The notes beneath the pieces are model-generated. The model was not told the DNA's origin, searched no databases, and saw only the letters and a program-made list of their open reading frames with translations. This document shows positions 1 through 13,110 of a stretch of 64,000 nt of DNA, one piece after another. The position numbers and the translations under genes are program-made. The stretch's first letter is position 1. Every line of letters starts with the position of its first letter. The stretch comes from Adineta vaga (taxonomy: Eukaryota; Animalia; Rotifera): NCBI GenBank assembly GCA_021613535.1, contig CP075493.1:5270001-5334000 (forward strand). Reading direction: 5' to 3'.

Positions 1-1
1 A

Positions 2-2065
2 ATGTCTCGAGATCGTTTACTTCCACTTGATAAATTATTTCATACTAGTACTCATACGGGCACAACGACTACGACTACAGATGAAGATCAGACTTCACCA
101 GTCAATGAATTAATTCCTTTTGATGAACCTATTAAACTAAATGAAAAAAATATGCAAAAAATCAAAGAAAATGGTTGTGTAAATAATTCATCACATATTA
201 TGACAAGGTGAGAAGAAGAAAAAAAACAGTTTAATTAGAATATATCGTTTGTTTCTTTTTCTTTCTCTTTAAAGAATTACATCGTGACTAGGCTAGTTTT
301 GAGTGATACTCAAAGATGTTGAAAACTAATGAGAAAATCGACATTTACGTTTTCTTTTTCTTCGCCTAATACCAAAAAGAAACGACGACTACTATTATCT
401 TTGTCATGTAGTTGTTCTTTACGGAAATGTTATTACTATTTTTTCCTGTGCTAATAGAATGTTGAAGTACTAATAACAAATTTATGACCATTTCCTTTTT
501 TATTTTTTTCATTTAGATTGCAATATACAACAAAAGGTACCAAAGCATTACGTTTATTAGGTGATGGTGGTCGAAAACATAATGATGATTCTCGACAAGA
601 TCAAACCTATAATCCTAATGATTCTTTCCGAGCGAAAAATGTCAAAAGTGGAAGTAATCAGCGTCGTCTTCTTTTAAAAAATGGCGAAGTTAATATATCC
701 AGGTTCGTTTTTCAGATTTCCATTCGGAAATAGATCTGTATTAACTAACATACTATTGATTATCCTAAAAAAATCAATTAACCTAAATCATTAGGACAAA
801 ATTGTAAATATTCTTTTGATCTTTTCTTTTATTCTTTGAACAAACAAAGCAAAAGCAGCGTAATATAATCGGTTTATAATGTAATCCTATTAAAACTTCT
901 CATCATACATAAATTTTAAAATAAAAGAAAAAACATCAACTGTAGTTTTGTTCTTCTTAGATTTAATATTGAAAAACGTCGTCGTCAATATTTAGCAGAT
1001 ATCTTTACAACATTAATCGATTTGAAATGGCGTTATACATTATGTTTATTTACTCTGGGCTTTTGTTTAAGTTGGTTAGCATTTGCATTAATATGGTATC
1101 TGTTAATGTATTCCTATGGAGATTTTCATCCGGATAATTATAACTCAGCGAACTATTCTGTCTGTATTGCTGGTGTCCATTCATTTGCTGGTGCATTACT
1201 TTTTTCAATCGAAACACAACAAACTATCGGTTATGGTACCCGTGTTGTTAAAGAAACTTGTTATTTCGCTATTATTGTTATCATGTTACAATCGAGTATT
1301 GGAGTTTTATTACAATCATTTATGGTCGGCGTTGTCTTTGCGAAAATTTCTCGACCAAAAAAACGTACAGAAACTTTAATCTGGTCACGTGAAGCAGTTA
1401 TATGTTTACGTGATGGTCAAATGACTTTACAATGTCGTGTTGGTGACATGCGTAAATCACATATTGTTGAAGCACATGTTCGAATGTATTTAATAAAGAA
1501 ACGTGTGACTTTAGAAGGAGAAATTCTTCCATTACATACATATGATATGAATGTCGGTTTTGATAAAGGTGCTGATCGTTTATTTCTTATCTGGCCACTA
1601 GTTGTTGAACATATCATCGATGAACAATCACCATTGTATGAGATTAGTCGTGCGGATTTAATTCAACAACGTTTTGAATTAGTTGTTATACTTGAAGGTA
1701 TCATTGAATCAACAGGTATGACAACACAGGCACGAACATCTTATTTACCATCAGAAATCTTATGGGGTTATCGTTTTGAACGTTTAATCACATTTCAACG
1801 TGATGATGGTCTATATCGTATCGATTATTCACGTTTTAATCTAAGTTATCCAGTTGATATGATTACATGTAGTGCTAAAGAATTAAAAGATTTACATGAA
1901 TTAGAAAAATTACATGAACATAATCAAAATAATCATAACAATACTAATGAAAATGACAATGAAAATGATAATGATACGAATGACGTCAATTGCTCGAAAA
2001 CCGATAATTCAACAACAAATAAATCACCATTCTTATGGCCTGAAAAAAAAGAAAGTACTTTATGA
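2..2065 (+). CDS. Inward-rectifier potassium channel (Kir), 3 exons (~2-207, 517-702, 961-2065)
   Basis: Spliced product reads ...RQYLADIFTTLIDLKWRY, has the pore motif ETQQTIGYG, AKISRPKKR and RTSYLPSEILWG. GT-AG introns keep the frame. The true start may lie upstream of the window. Confidence 0.93.
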
Positions 2066-2774
2066 CTATTAGTACAAAATGATTTCTATCCGGTGATGGT
2101 GTATTTTATGTAAATAATAAAATCTTCATTATCTTTTATCAAGTAATTTTCTATTATTTAGATCTAATAGCGTATATTTATTGACTGTGATTCGATCTTG
2201 ATTGCGTGCATCCTGCTAAGTGAATAACGATTCGATTGATGTACTCTTTCCTATTCTTGCATGCTTCGTATCTCTATGCATATTGATTGTTTCGTAGATT
2301 GTATATTTGATATTCGCAAGAAAAAAAATGCTTCTATGGTAATGATTTAGTAGCAGATGAATCGTTTTCTTTTCTCACTAGGAGATAGTGTTTACTATTC
2401 ACTGAATATTCTTAATCATATTCAGCGAATTCTCAAGAGATATATTTTTGTTTTTCTCATAAGAAAAACAAACTTGTCAAAATCCGAAACACCCCATTGG
2501 TTAATTTATTTTCAAACAGAATCTATCAGATAGGAACTATCCATAAGATTATAATCCTCTCGAGATTTGAATAAAAGCTATTTCTTTTTCTAACTAAACT
2601 ATGTTATCGAAAGAAAGATTAGTATCTCTAATCCTTACTATTCGAGTACAGAAAATTCTGATGAATTTAATTTTCAATTCTATTCAGATAAAAATTCTTC
2701 GAGAAACTAATTGAATAAACTAGTTTTATTTGTGTTTACTACTAAACGAAAAACAAACAAAAAAACTACAAAAT

Positions 2775-3150
2775 TTATTTCGTTTGTTTATTCAAATATG
2801 CGGATGGATCGTAGTCTGTATCTAGTGTAAATTCCATTTTTTCTTTTTGTGTAGCTGATCGACGTAATAAACGTGTTTTTCGTTCTTTATCAGATAAACT
2901 TGCTATATCAACTGGTAACTAAAAGATATACAAATAGTAAATATTCATGGCAGAATATATTTTTCTTTTTTTTTACTTTAATAAGATGTCTAGGTTCTGA
3001 ATAACGTATTCTTATCGTTGAACCATCGGGTAGAACGAGATAATTCGGATAAAGTCGAGAATAAATATCTCGAGAAAATCTTGTTATTGAACTTCGGTAA
3101 CAATTTGATCGTGTTGTGATTACAAATGGAAGAAGACTTTTTAATAACAT
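2775..3150 (-). CDS. MRPL55: Mitochondrial ribosomal protein L55, 2 exons
   Basis: RDIYSRLYPNYLVLPDGSTIRIRYSEPRHLIK|LPVDIASLSDKERKTRLLRR matches the MRPL55 signature. Intron ~2919-2976. Confidence 0.85.
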
Positions 3151-3498
3151 TGTTCTATATCTAAAACAAAACGAAAAAGAATGAAGATTACTCATTAACA
3201 TCAAATCGATATGTTGCAATTCTAAACGATAAGTGTAAAATTAAATCAAGAATAATCTAATTTATTGATTATGATTGAGACATAAAGGTCATATAAACAT
3301 CTTAAATCAATACTAAAATGATAAAGGTTATCTTGCCTGTCCCAATGGATCATTTGAGACGAAAAACAGGAAAAAAATCTATCAAACTTGTTTATTTATC
3401 CTTGAAACTCACATACTCATAGATTTATTGTCGAATAAAAGAAGAAAAACAATCATAACTGAATTGATTAAAACAAAACTTAAAAATGAAAATCGATT

Positions 3499-6400
3499 TC
3501 ATTCTAAAGCTGCTAATCGTCGATCGAGTTCATCAGCTAAGGAATCTAATTCAGTATTGATTTGTGTATGTAATGATGCTGGTTCAATATCAATAAAGAA
3601 ATCATATTGTTGATCAAGACCTAAATATCCATCGGAAAGAAAATAAAGTGTTAAACGTTGTCGTCCAATGATATTTGATGTCACAAATGATAGAGATACT
3701 GTTGTTTGAGAACGAATATTTTGATTGATACGTTTCATACAAATCAATTCTCCCGTATCAGTATTTCCAAGAATAAATATCCATGATTCATCTTTTGGTT
3801 TATTTACTGGTGATGTTGTTAATTGACGATAATCATTTCTCTGAAGAAAAACAAAACGTTGAAATGATTTACTTGTTCATTTGTTCAAAACGAAAAATAT
3901 CTTACTCGAATTCGATTTAATCGTCTTAAATTAATTTGTAAAGTATATTCTTGATCCGCATAAACATTAGTTGGTAATTGACGAATTTCTTCACGGGTTG
4001 ACCAAAATCCACGTATTTTAAATTGTAATTCAATTTGTGGTAGACGTGTTAAATGTTCGTAGATATCATCAATTTGTGTGGATGTCAATTGTGTATCAAG
4101 CATTGCAGACAATGTTTCATGATTCACATCGATTAATTGACATAAATAAGATGCAATAAAATTTGTCAACGAACGATCAGTGATATGTGGAAGAGTTAAA
4201 GTATCTGGATCAGTTATCCATCGTGCTTGAATAATCATTTGTAGAAGATGAATACAAAGTATACATGGACTTAATAAAGCTTTATGCGCACATAGATCGA
4301 TTAATGCTTGTATAATACGAATGATTTGATCGAGACAAGATTTTAAATCCGTAACATAATCAACGCGAGGAAATTCTAATCGACTAAGATGAAATTGAAT
4401 TAAAAGATTCGTTTTAAAATGTGGCGAATCAAATTGTGGTTCAGTACGAAATGGTATTCGTACACGATTGATCATTTCTTTATGTAATTCATCTTCATTA
4501 TGACGAACCTAGAGGATTTTCAAAAAAAAAAAATTTTTTTCATAACAATATACAACAAGGTCAAGATGACTTGGAAAAATACTCATCCTCCGCATGCTCG
4601 TATAATTAAAGAGAATGGTTTTATATGACAAAATTTGATAAGAGAATGTAATTTTACACATCATTTTCAAGGGTCATGCTGCCTATCACTAATGAGATCT
4701 CTTACCGGCATTTCAGCATATTCATGTGCAGAAGAAATCAGATCGATCAATTCTCCAATAGTTGTTGTTGATGTTAAACGTTGTGCAAACAGATGAATTG
4801 TTTTATAAGATATATAGTAATGTGATGCTATTCGTCCATGAACAGTTGCTTGTAATGTTCGTTGATCAATTTCATTCACACAAATACATGTTGCACGAGT
4901 TAATTCATCGAGTGAACGTTGAACAATCGTAGATAAATATGTATTCAATGTTGTTTGTTCATTTATATCATTTTCTAATAGTTCCATATGATAATAACTT
5001 GGATTCACAAGTAAACGACGAAAAAAATATGTCCATGTTAAATAATCAAGTGCTTCTTGTTTGGTTGATATCGTTCCACTAACAATTTCTGCATTGAAAT
5101 GATCAGAAAGAACATTGAGTAGACTTGATTCAACTAGAAGAATAAATTCAGATTTTCGATATTTTAATTAGAAGACCTACCTGGAAATGGTTCGTAGAGA
5201 AATTTTTTATAGAAATTCTTTTTAACATCATGAACCATAATAACTGCTTTGCCAGAATCATCAAATTGAGGACGACCAGCACGTCCCATCATTTGTAGAA
5301 CATCAGTAATTGGAAAATCAACATATCGATGAGTTTTACCATCATAGTATTCAGTACCTAATGAATAGAAGATAATCATTAAATTCGATTCCTTTAAACT
5401 GATAGTATTATAAGAGAATAAAAATAGAACGTGCAAGTGCATTTTTCAAGGTTGAATGCATCAGATGATAATAATATAGAGAACATATAATTACAGATTA
5501 ATAGAAATTACCTTTAATAATAACCAAATGTGCAGGAAAATTGACACCCCATGCTAATGTTGACTAGAATCGAAAAATAAAAATCAAATAAACAAACAAA
5601 TCCTTTTAGTTAATATTTACTGTTGCAACTAAGATTTGAATTCTTTGATTAACAAATAATTCTTCGACAATATGTCGATCACGTTCTTTCAAACCAGCAT
5701 GATGAATACCAATACCAAATGATAATGTTAATCGAAGACTTTTATCTTGAATTTGTGTTAGTAAATTATTGATTTCATGTTCAGGCATATGTAACCATTG
5801 TCGTGGATGATCATCATTCAATAGATATTTTGTTAATTCTTCTGCTGTTAAACGTGTTTGTCGTCGACTACTAACGAAGATTAAAACAGGTTTATTTGGT
5901 GAATGTGTACGTATTGCTTGATAAGCTGGTTTATTCATTGACATACAACGTGGACAATAATGTTTACCAGGATAACCTTGAATATGTGCTTCTAATGGAA
6001 CTGGTCGAACACTTGGCCGAAAATTATACAAACCAATTGTACCAGTAATACCTAACCAATCTGCAAGATCTCGTGCATTGGCAACTGCTGTTGACAGACC
6101 AACAATACGAAGTGGTCGTTCCGTATGTGAGGAAATGAAATTTGCTCGTGAAACAATAACTTCAAGAACGGGACCACGATCTTCACCTAACATATGAATT
6201 TCATCAATAATTAATAGAGCAACTTCTTTAACATAGGAACGTGTTTGCCATGAACGACTCATACCATCCCATTTTTCTGGAGTTGTAACAATAACATCAG
6301 CCAATTGTATAGCACGTGTATCGGGTGTAAAATCACCCGTTAATTCAACAACTTTCTTGCCTAAACGTTCTTCTAAACGAACTTTCCAATCATGAATACG

Positions 6401-9400
6401 TTCACGTACAAGTGCTTTTAATGGTGCAATATAAACACATTTCATATTGGGATATTGATTGAAAACACGAAACATTGCTATTTCAGCAGCAATTGTTTTA
6501 CCTGAACCAGTTGGTGAACCTAATAATGTATTATTATCTGTATGGTATAAACAATGAAATATTTGCGTTTGAATTGGATTAAAATGTGTAAAACGAAGTA
6601 AAGCTTCGTAAGCTGGATTACCCAATGCTGTTTTTGGTAACGGATCCAAATCAAGTAATTCTATATGAATAAAAGAATTTCATGAATTGTTCAAAATGAT
6701 TTTACAATGATGAATTACCTGTATGAGGCATATGTCTTTCTGGTAAGATAAGATTTTGAAATGAAATAATTGTTGTCGTATCTGATCCTAACCATTTATC
6801 GCTCACAGCACGTACATAATATTGATTAGCTAATGGTTCAACAATTGGAATAGTAAAGATAATGATTTGTGGTTCTTCGGTTTTCACTTGTTTTTTTGTT
6901 ATGATAAAATATTCCGAATGATACATATTATCTGTATCAGGATCTTCAATCCATATCCAAAATTGTTGACTCGTATTACCATGAATTTTATCTGACCATT
7001 TAAAAGCTGCTGTTATCGTTAATTTTATTCGTAATACTGTTCGTGTTATTGGCTGTAATTGTGTATCAATATGTAATATTGGAATAAAAGATGCATAAGT
7101 TTTGATTTCTTTTCCTAAACGTGTATTATGAATCATAATACCAATATCTTTTGCATCCATTTCTAATAAACGTTCCGGTGTTAATTGTTTTGCATCCAAT
7201 TTTTGTAAGATATCAACATTGATATATTGTGAAAATTGCCATAGAGGATTAATTGTATCCCACATACGTTGTTCAACTGTTTTAGCTAAACGAAGTAAAT
7301 GTGATGTTAAGGTTGCCCAAGAACGTTTTAAAACAATTTCGAACAATGCACGAATTAAACGGACAACATTCTGATTTACATACGACATATCCGAGATTAA
7401 AGAAAATGAATTCAATTGTGCACGAGAAACATATGCTTGAATAAGTATATTCACTTTGCCATGAACATTTTCTACACCACCTTTAACTGGCAAATGACAA
7501 TGACTATTGTACAATATATCAAGTTCATCTAATTCATCATCACGAATTTTCAATTGAGAAAATTCATCAGCAAGTGATGCGAGTTCAATTAAATTAGCTT
7601 CAGTCATTGCACGATTTGATAAATGTTCATTAATTGTTTCAATAGTTACATAATTAATATAATAATGAGAACTAGAAGATAGAAGAAAAAAGAAAAAGAA
7701 TGAAAGTCCAGCATTAAAATTGAACTATTTACGCTGTTCGTCCAAGATCTGTTGCAAATAGATATCCATTTTTTTCTTCGTAACGTATCATATTTGCTTT
7801 ATCAAGTTCTTGTGCTGCTTTAACAATTAGATCTCGTTGAAAACTATATAAATGTGGATCGACTACTTGCATGTGTGCATTGATACCGTATGTTATTGGT
7901 GATTGATGCATTCGAACATTTAAATACGTATATCGAAGCCATGAACATGCTTCTTCAATCGTTGATACTGTTCCTAAAACAATTTCTGCATTAAGATTAT
8001 CAGTTAAATGACTGATAAATTGAGATTCAATTGGATTTTGTCGTGTTAATAATGATAGATAGTGTTGAAGTTTCTCATGTGTTGTGAGAATAATACCAAG
8101 ACCATTCGTATCAAATTGTGGACGACCAGCACGACCAAATATTTGCAAAACATCGAGAATACTTAAATCAACAAATGAACCACGTTTACTATCATATAAT
8201 TCCGTACCTGAAAAACACAATCAATTCATGTACGTTTAGATTTTGAAAAAAGAAATTTCACCTTTGATTACAACAGCATGTGCAGGTAAATTCACACCCC
8301 AAGCAAGTGTGGCTGTACAAACAAGTACTTTAATAAAACCTTTCGAGAAATATTTTTCGACCATATTTCGATCCTGTCGTAACATTCCTGCATGATGCAT
8401 TCCAATACCATGAGGAAATAAATCGCGTAATTGAGCATTTTTCGAATGAGCGACATGTCGACAAGCATCTTGATATTGCATAGATAGTTTTGGTTCATCA
8501 CCTTCCTTTTCTTTATAAAGAAAATATTCTGTATCACCACGATTACGTGCATATTCAAGCAATTGAAGTCCAGTACGAACTGTTGCATTTCGAGCATGAA
8601 CAAAGACGAGTACCTAAATGCATATCGATTTCATAAGACATATATTTATCATTCTATAATGCTTACTTGTTGTCGGCCAACTTTGACTTGTTCTAATACT
8701 TTATCATAACAAATTTCATCAAGATTTTTCATTATTTCCATTTTATTTCCTCCTTTTATGCCAATGAATGTTTGTGCTAATGGTACTGGACGAAAACGAT
8801 TATCAAAAAAGAATAGACCAGTCATTAAATTAACTCGAAGAAATTTTGCTATATCCGTATAATTCGGTAATGTAGCTGAAAGACCAACAATACGAATTAA
8901 TTCTTGTGTTTGTTCAACTTGTCGAAGTGTACGTGCAACTAACGCTTCGATGACTGGACCACGATCTTCATGTAGAAGATGAATTTCATCAATAATTAAT
9001 AATTTAACACTTTGAACAAATTTCGTATCTCCAATAGATTTTCGTGTAACAACATCCCATTTTTCGGGTGTTGTAATAATCATATGTGTTCGTTCGATTT
9101 CTGCTTTTGTTAATTGCATATCACCGGTTAATTCTTTTACTTGAAGGCCAAGAGATGAAAGACGACGAGAGAAATTCTCCACCATTTCTGATGCAAGTGC
9201 TTTCATAGGTGCAACATATATAATCTTAAAATCAGTATCTAATAAAACACCATTGTTTGCATCATAATGACGACGTATTTCATTCAAAATTGTTAACATA
9301 GCAATATTTGTTTTACCAGCACCAGTTCTATGGGAAGAAAAATAAGGATATGTTTTCTATATCAATTCTCCATCGTATATTTCAAACAAAAGCCGATACT

Positions 9401-10991
9401 TACGGTGCAGAGATAAGAATATTTTCATTCGAAAAAGCTGCTGTTTTGTAGACAACAGATTGTACTAAATTCAATGCTGTCACGCCTTCTTTGAATAAAA
9501 TTTGTCCTAATGGTTCTAAATCTTCAAAACGTACAAGTGCTGGACAAATATGTTTTCCTAAATTCGCCAATTTAATTTGTTCACCATAGGGAATATGAAC
9601 GAGATCATACGTCGTGGCTGATTTTCGTTCAACATTTTCTGGTAAAAGAAGATTTCTTCCACCGACATAAGCAGTTTTTTGTTTGATTTCTTGCATTTGA
9701 TCAAATACAAATGGATATTTAACATTCGTTCGATACGATCGTGATTGAGACATTGCCGATAATTTTTCTTGACGTTTCTCCATTGCATCAAGTAACTGTC
9801 GTTCACGTTCGTATTTTAACATTTCAGGATCGGCATATTCATCTAAATCATCATCATCGAATTGTTGAGATGCTTGTGCTTGTCGTCGATCAGCTTTTCT
9901 CATTTGTTTTTCTAAGCGTATTTCTTGTTCACTTCTTACAACAATTGTTGGACCATGAACTGGTTGTCCTTGACGTTGAATAAGTTCGGGTGCACGAACA
10001 ATTTCTCGTGGACGAGCTTTTGCACTATTCAAAACCCCATCAATTATCATTTGACGATTTTGAATCAATTCACCAATTAATTCTAAATGATCATAACCAA
10101 TAATATCACAGAGAGAAAGTTGAATTTCTTCACTAGTTTGATTGGAAACAAGAGTTTCAAATACTAAATTACAAAATTCTTGTTGACCTAAATCACCTCG
10201 CTCAGTCCGAGATTTTAAAACAGTACGAAGACGATCTTCCAACCATTTTTTATTATAAATAGATGATGATGATGATGATGATGCTGACGAAGGAGTGATT
10301 GTTGGCAAGACTTCAGTAGAAGTATCTTCATTATTAATCTTCTCCTGTTCTTGATATGCACGATCATAAGACAATCGATCTAACCATGGTAAAGGTTGAT
10401 TGATTTGCAATGAAACGGAATGAAAAAGAGTTGTTTCACCAAAATATGATTTTGATGGTAATTTAGAAAGATTTGGTGCAAGATATTCTTCAAAGAAACT
10501 TGGTTTAAGAGAATCTTTCATAGAACGTATTAATTCAAATGTTTGAGTTACTAATTTTTCGGTATAGGTTGGAAATCGTAATTTTAATTCTTTTAAATGT
10601 GACACTTGAATTTGATTAACATTACGAAAGAGATCGAAAAGGTAAACACAAACAGAATCAATCGATGATGAATCAGATTCTGAACCGGCTAAAAAAGAAC
10701 ATCATCTAGTTAATATTTTGTAAAAGATATATTCGATTATTTACCGAATTCAATAGAATATTTTCGTAATTGTTTTATTTGTGATTCTGTAGTTACTGGA
10801 TTCGATGAATGTTGGAGAAGAAATTGTTGCAAATCATTCCAGGTTAAAGTTTTCTTTGAATCTGTATCAGAAGATTGTCGTCGACGACGTTGTAATTCAT
10901 CAATATCACCACGATAATGTATAGGCTCAGCAATATCAGAATGAGCACGTAGAGATCCCGTAATACGAGGATAGATTCGATAGTCAATCAT
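3499..10991 (-). CDS. ASCC3: Activating signal cointegrator 1 complex subunit 3 (Ski2-like helicase with tandem helicase cassettes and Sec63 domains), multi-exon
   Basis: Two helicase cassettes (APTGAGKT..DEIH; [12 protein letters not shown]), GRAGRPQFD twice, PGKHYCPR, C-terminal YLGLDQQY, N-terminal PRITGSLR. Confidence 0.93.
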
Positions 10992-11087
10992 TTCTATAAA
11001 TAAAATTAGAAAAAAAAGGAAGCAAATCTTTAAAAACCAATATTAGGCAAGTACAGTTATAATATATAGAAAGGAATGAATTCATTT

Positions 11088-11152
11088 ATTGGTTACAGAA
11101 ACCTATCCAGTGTACATGTAGGGTGTAGACAATTGATCGTGAGTGACATCTA
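11088..11152 (-). promoter_or_regulatory. Putative ASCC3 promoter: TAGATGTCACT plus CCAAT
   Basis: Motifs lie ~150 and ~97 nt upstream of the ATG. Confidence 0.45.
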
Positions 11153-11754
11153 GATTTGATCGAATAGCATTTCGAAAAAAAAAAGAAGAAGATCAATTTA
11201 TTTATTAAGCTTATGTATTTAGAAGATATCTTTGACGAAACTACAGTTCCTTTCTTAATCAATATTATTTCGCAGAAGTTGTATGAAAATACTACTGATG
11301 CAATTGATCATTGAATAAATCGTTTCTAGGTATATTAAGTGAAAGGCGAAACCTGTATAGTCGAATTGTTATTCAGACTACAATCCATTCATGGTCCAAT
11401 CGAATAGTCTACAAAATAGTTTAGCAAGAAGTATTGTGAGTTAATTTGATTTTGTTAATAACAATTCCAATGTAAGAAAGAACATGTACGTCAACCTAAA
11501 CAACGATTTCTACTGACATCCAGAAGATATATTTCTTTATATTTATTCTATATAGTGATCTGGACATAGTTTACATCCTATATTCGTTTCTTTTCCATTC
11601 TTACATATATGATATGAATAAGGGCATGAAGGACAAAAAATATTCTCGTCTGAATTCTACGTACTGAATGACTTATATACTGTTTAGTTGCTATATAATA
11701 TTTATTCAAATAGTTTTAAAATAGTTTATTAAAATAAAATAAAAATAAAAAACT

Positions 11755-13110
11755 TTAAGGTTTAAGAATAACTTTCACACAATTATCTGTTTTTTCATTG
11801 AACATTTTGTACATTTCTGATGCTCTGTCTAATGGAACTGTATGAGTAATAACAAAACTTGGATCAAGTTCACCTTTTTCAATCAATGGCAATAATGTTG
11901 ACCAATAACGTTGACAAGGAGTTTGACCAGCAGCCATTCTCATGCCTTTTTCCATAAATGCACCAATATTAAAACCATTTGTTGTGCCAACATAGATTCC
12001 AATTACTGATATCATACCACCTTTACGTACAGCCATGATCATTTCATTTAAAATTTCCGATGGATCAGTTTCCAACCCAATCATCATTTGTGTTTTATGC
12101 GATGTTGTTTGTGTATAATGACATCCAACTGCTTCAATACCAACATCAGGTCCATTAGGTAATAATTCTTTCAATTGTTCAAGTGTTGAACGTTTTGAAA
12201 AATTAATTGTTTCAACACCAGGTAAATGTTTCTTGGCATAATCAAGACGATATTGAACATTATCAATAAGAATAACTCGTGATGCTTTTTTATATTGAGC
12301 AGAAAGTGCAGCAAGCATTCCGACTGGTCCACATCCCCAAATGGCGACTGTTTGTCCAGCACTAACTTCACCTAATTCTGTTGCATGCCAACCAGTTGGA
12401 AAAATATCCGAAAGAAATAAGACTTTTTCATCTGGTAAATTACTTGGTACTTTCAATGTATTCGTTTCAGCAAATGGAACACGAACATATTGAGCTTGGC
12501 CACCATCCCAACCACCAGTAACATGTGAATAACCAAACATACCTTATATATGACAAGAAATAAGAAGTTTTAACTTCATCGCTTTCTTACCAGCTGTACG
12601 ATGACCATATAACTGTTCTTGTTGTTTAGAATCATTGGTATTATCACAACTGGAATAAAGTTTTTCTTTACCAGTACAATAATCACATTTATGACAACCG
12701 ATATCGAATGCTGTTACAACTCGATCACCTTTACGAAGATTTTTTACTTCACTTCCAACATCTTCAACAATACCCATAAATTCATGACCTAATATATCAC
12801 CTTTTTCCATTCCTGGTACGCAACCACTATAGATATGCTGTTTAAATAAACAAAAGGAAACATCATCATTATTATCACTTGAATTATTTATAAACAAATC
12901 AAAACTTACTAAATCCGATCCGCATATTGCTGTTGATGTTACTTTAAGAATAACATCATGTGGATCAGTAACCATTGGACGTGGTCGTTCAATAACACGA
13001 ATATCTTTATTACCATACCAAGCTACAGCTTTCATGGATTCTTTTGAATCTTTTTTGGATGTAATCGTACATCCTCGAGCTTGACGACATTGTTCATTTT
13101 CTCCAGTCAT
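11755..13110 (-). CDS. Zn-dependent medium-chain dehydrogenase, FDH-like/YbdR-type subfamily; introns 12838-12909 and 12543-12590
   Basis: TAICGSDL|H, GHEFMG, structural Zn cluster CxxCxxC..C, GYSHVTGGWDGGQAQYVRVP, LSDIFPTGW, GCGPVG Rossmann motif. Confidence 0.9.
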
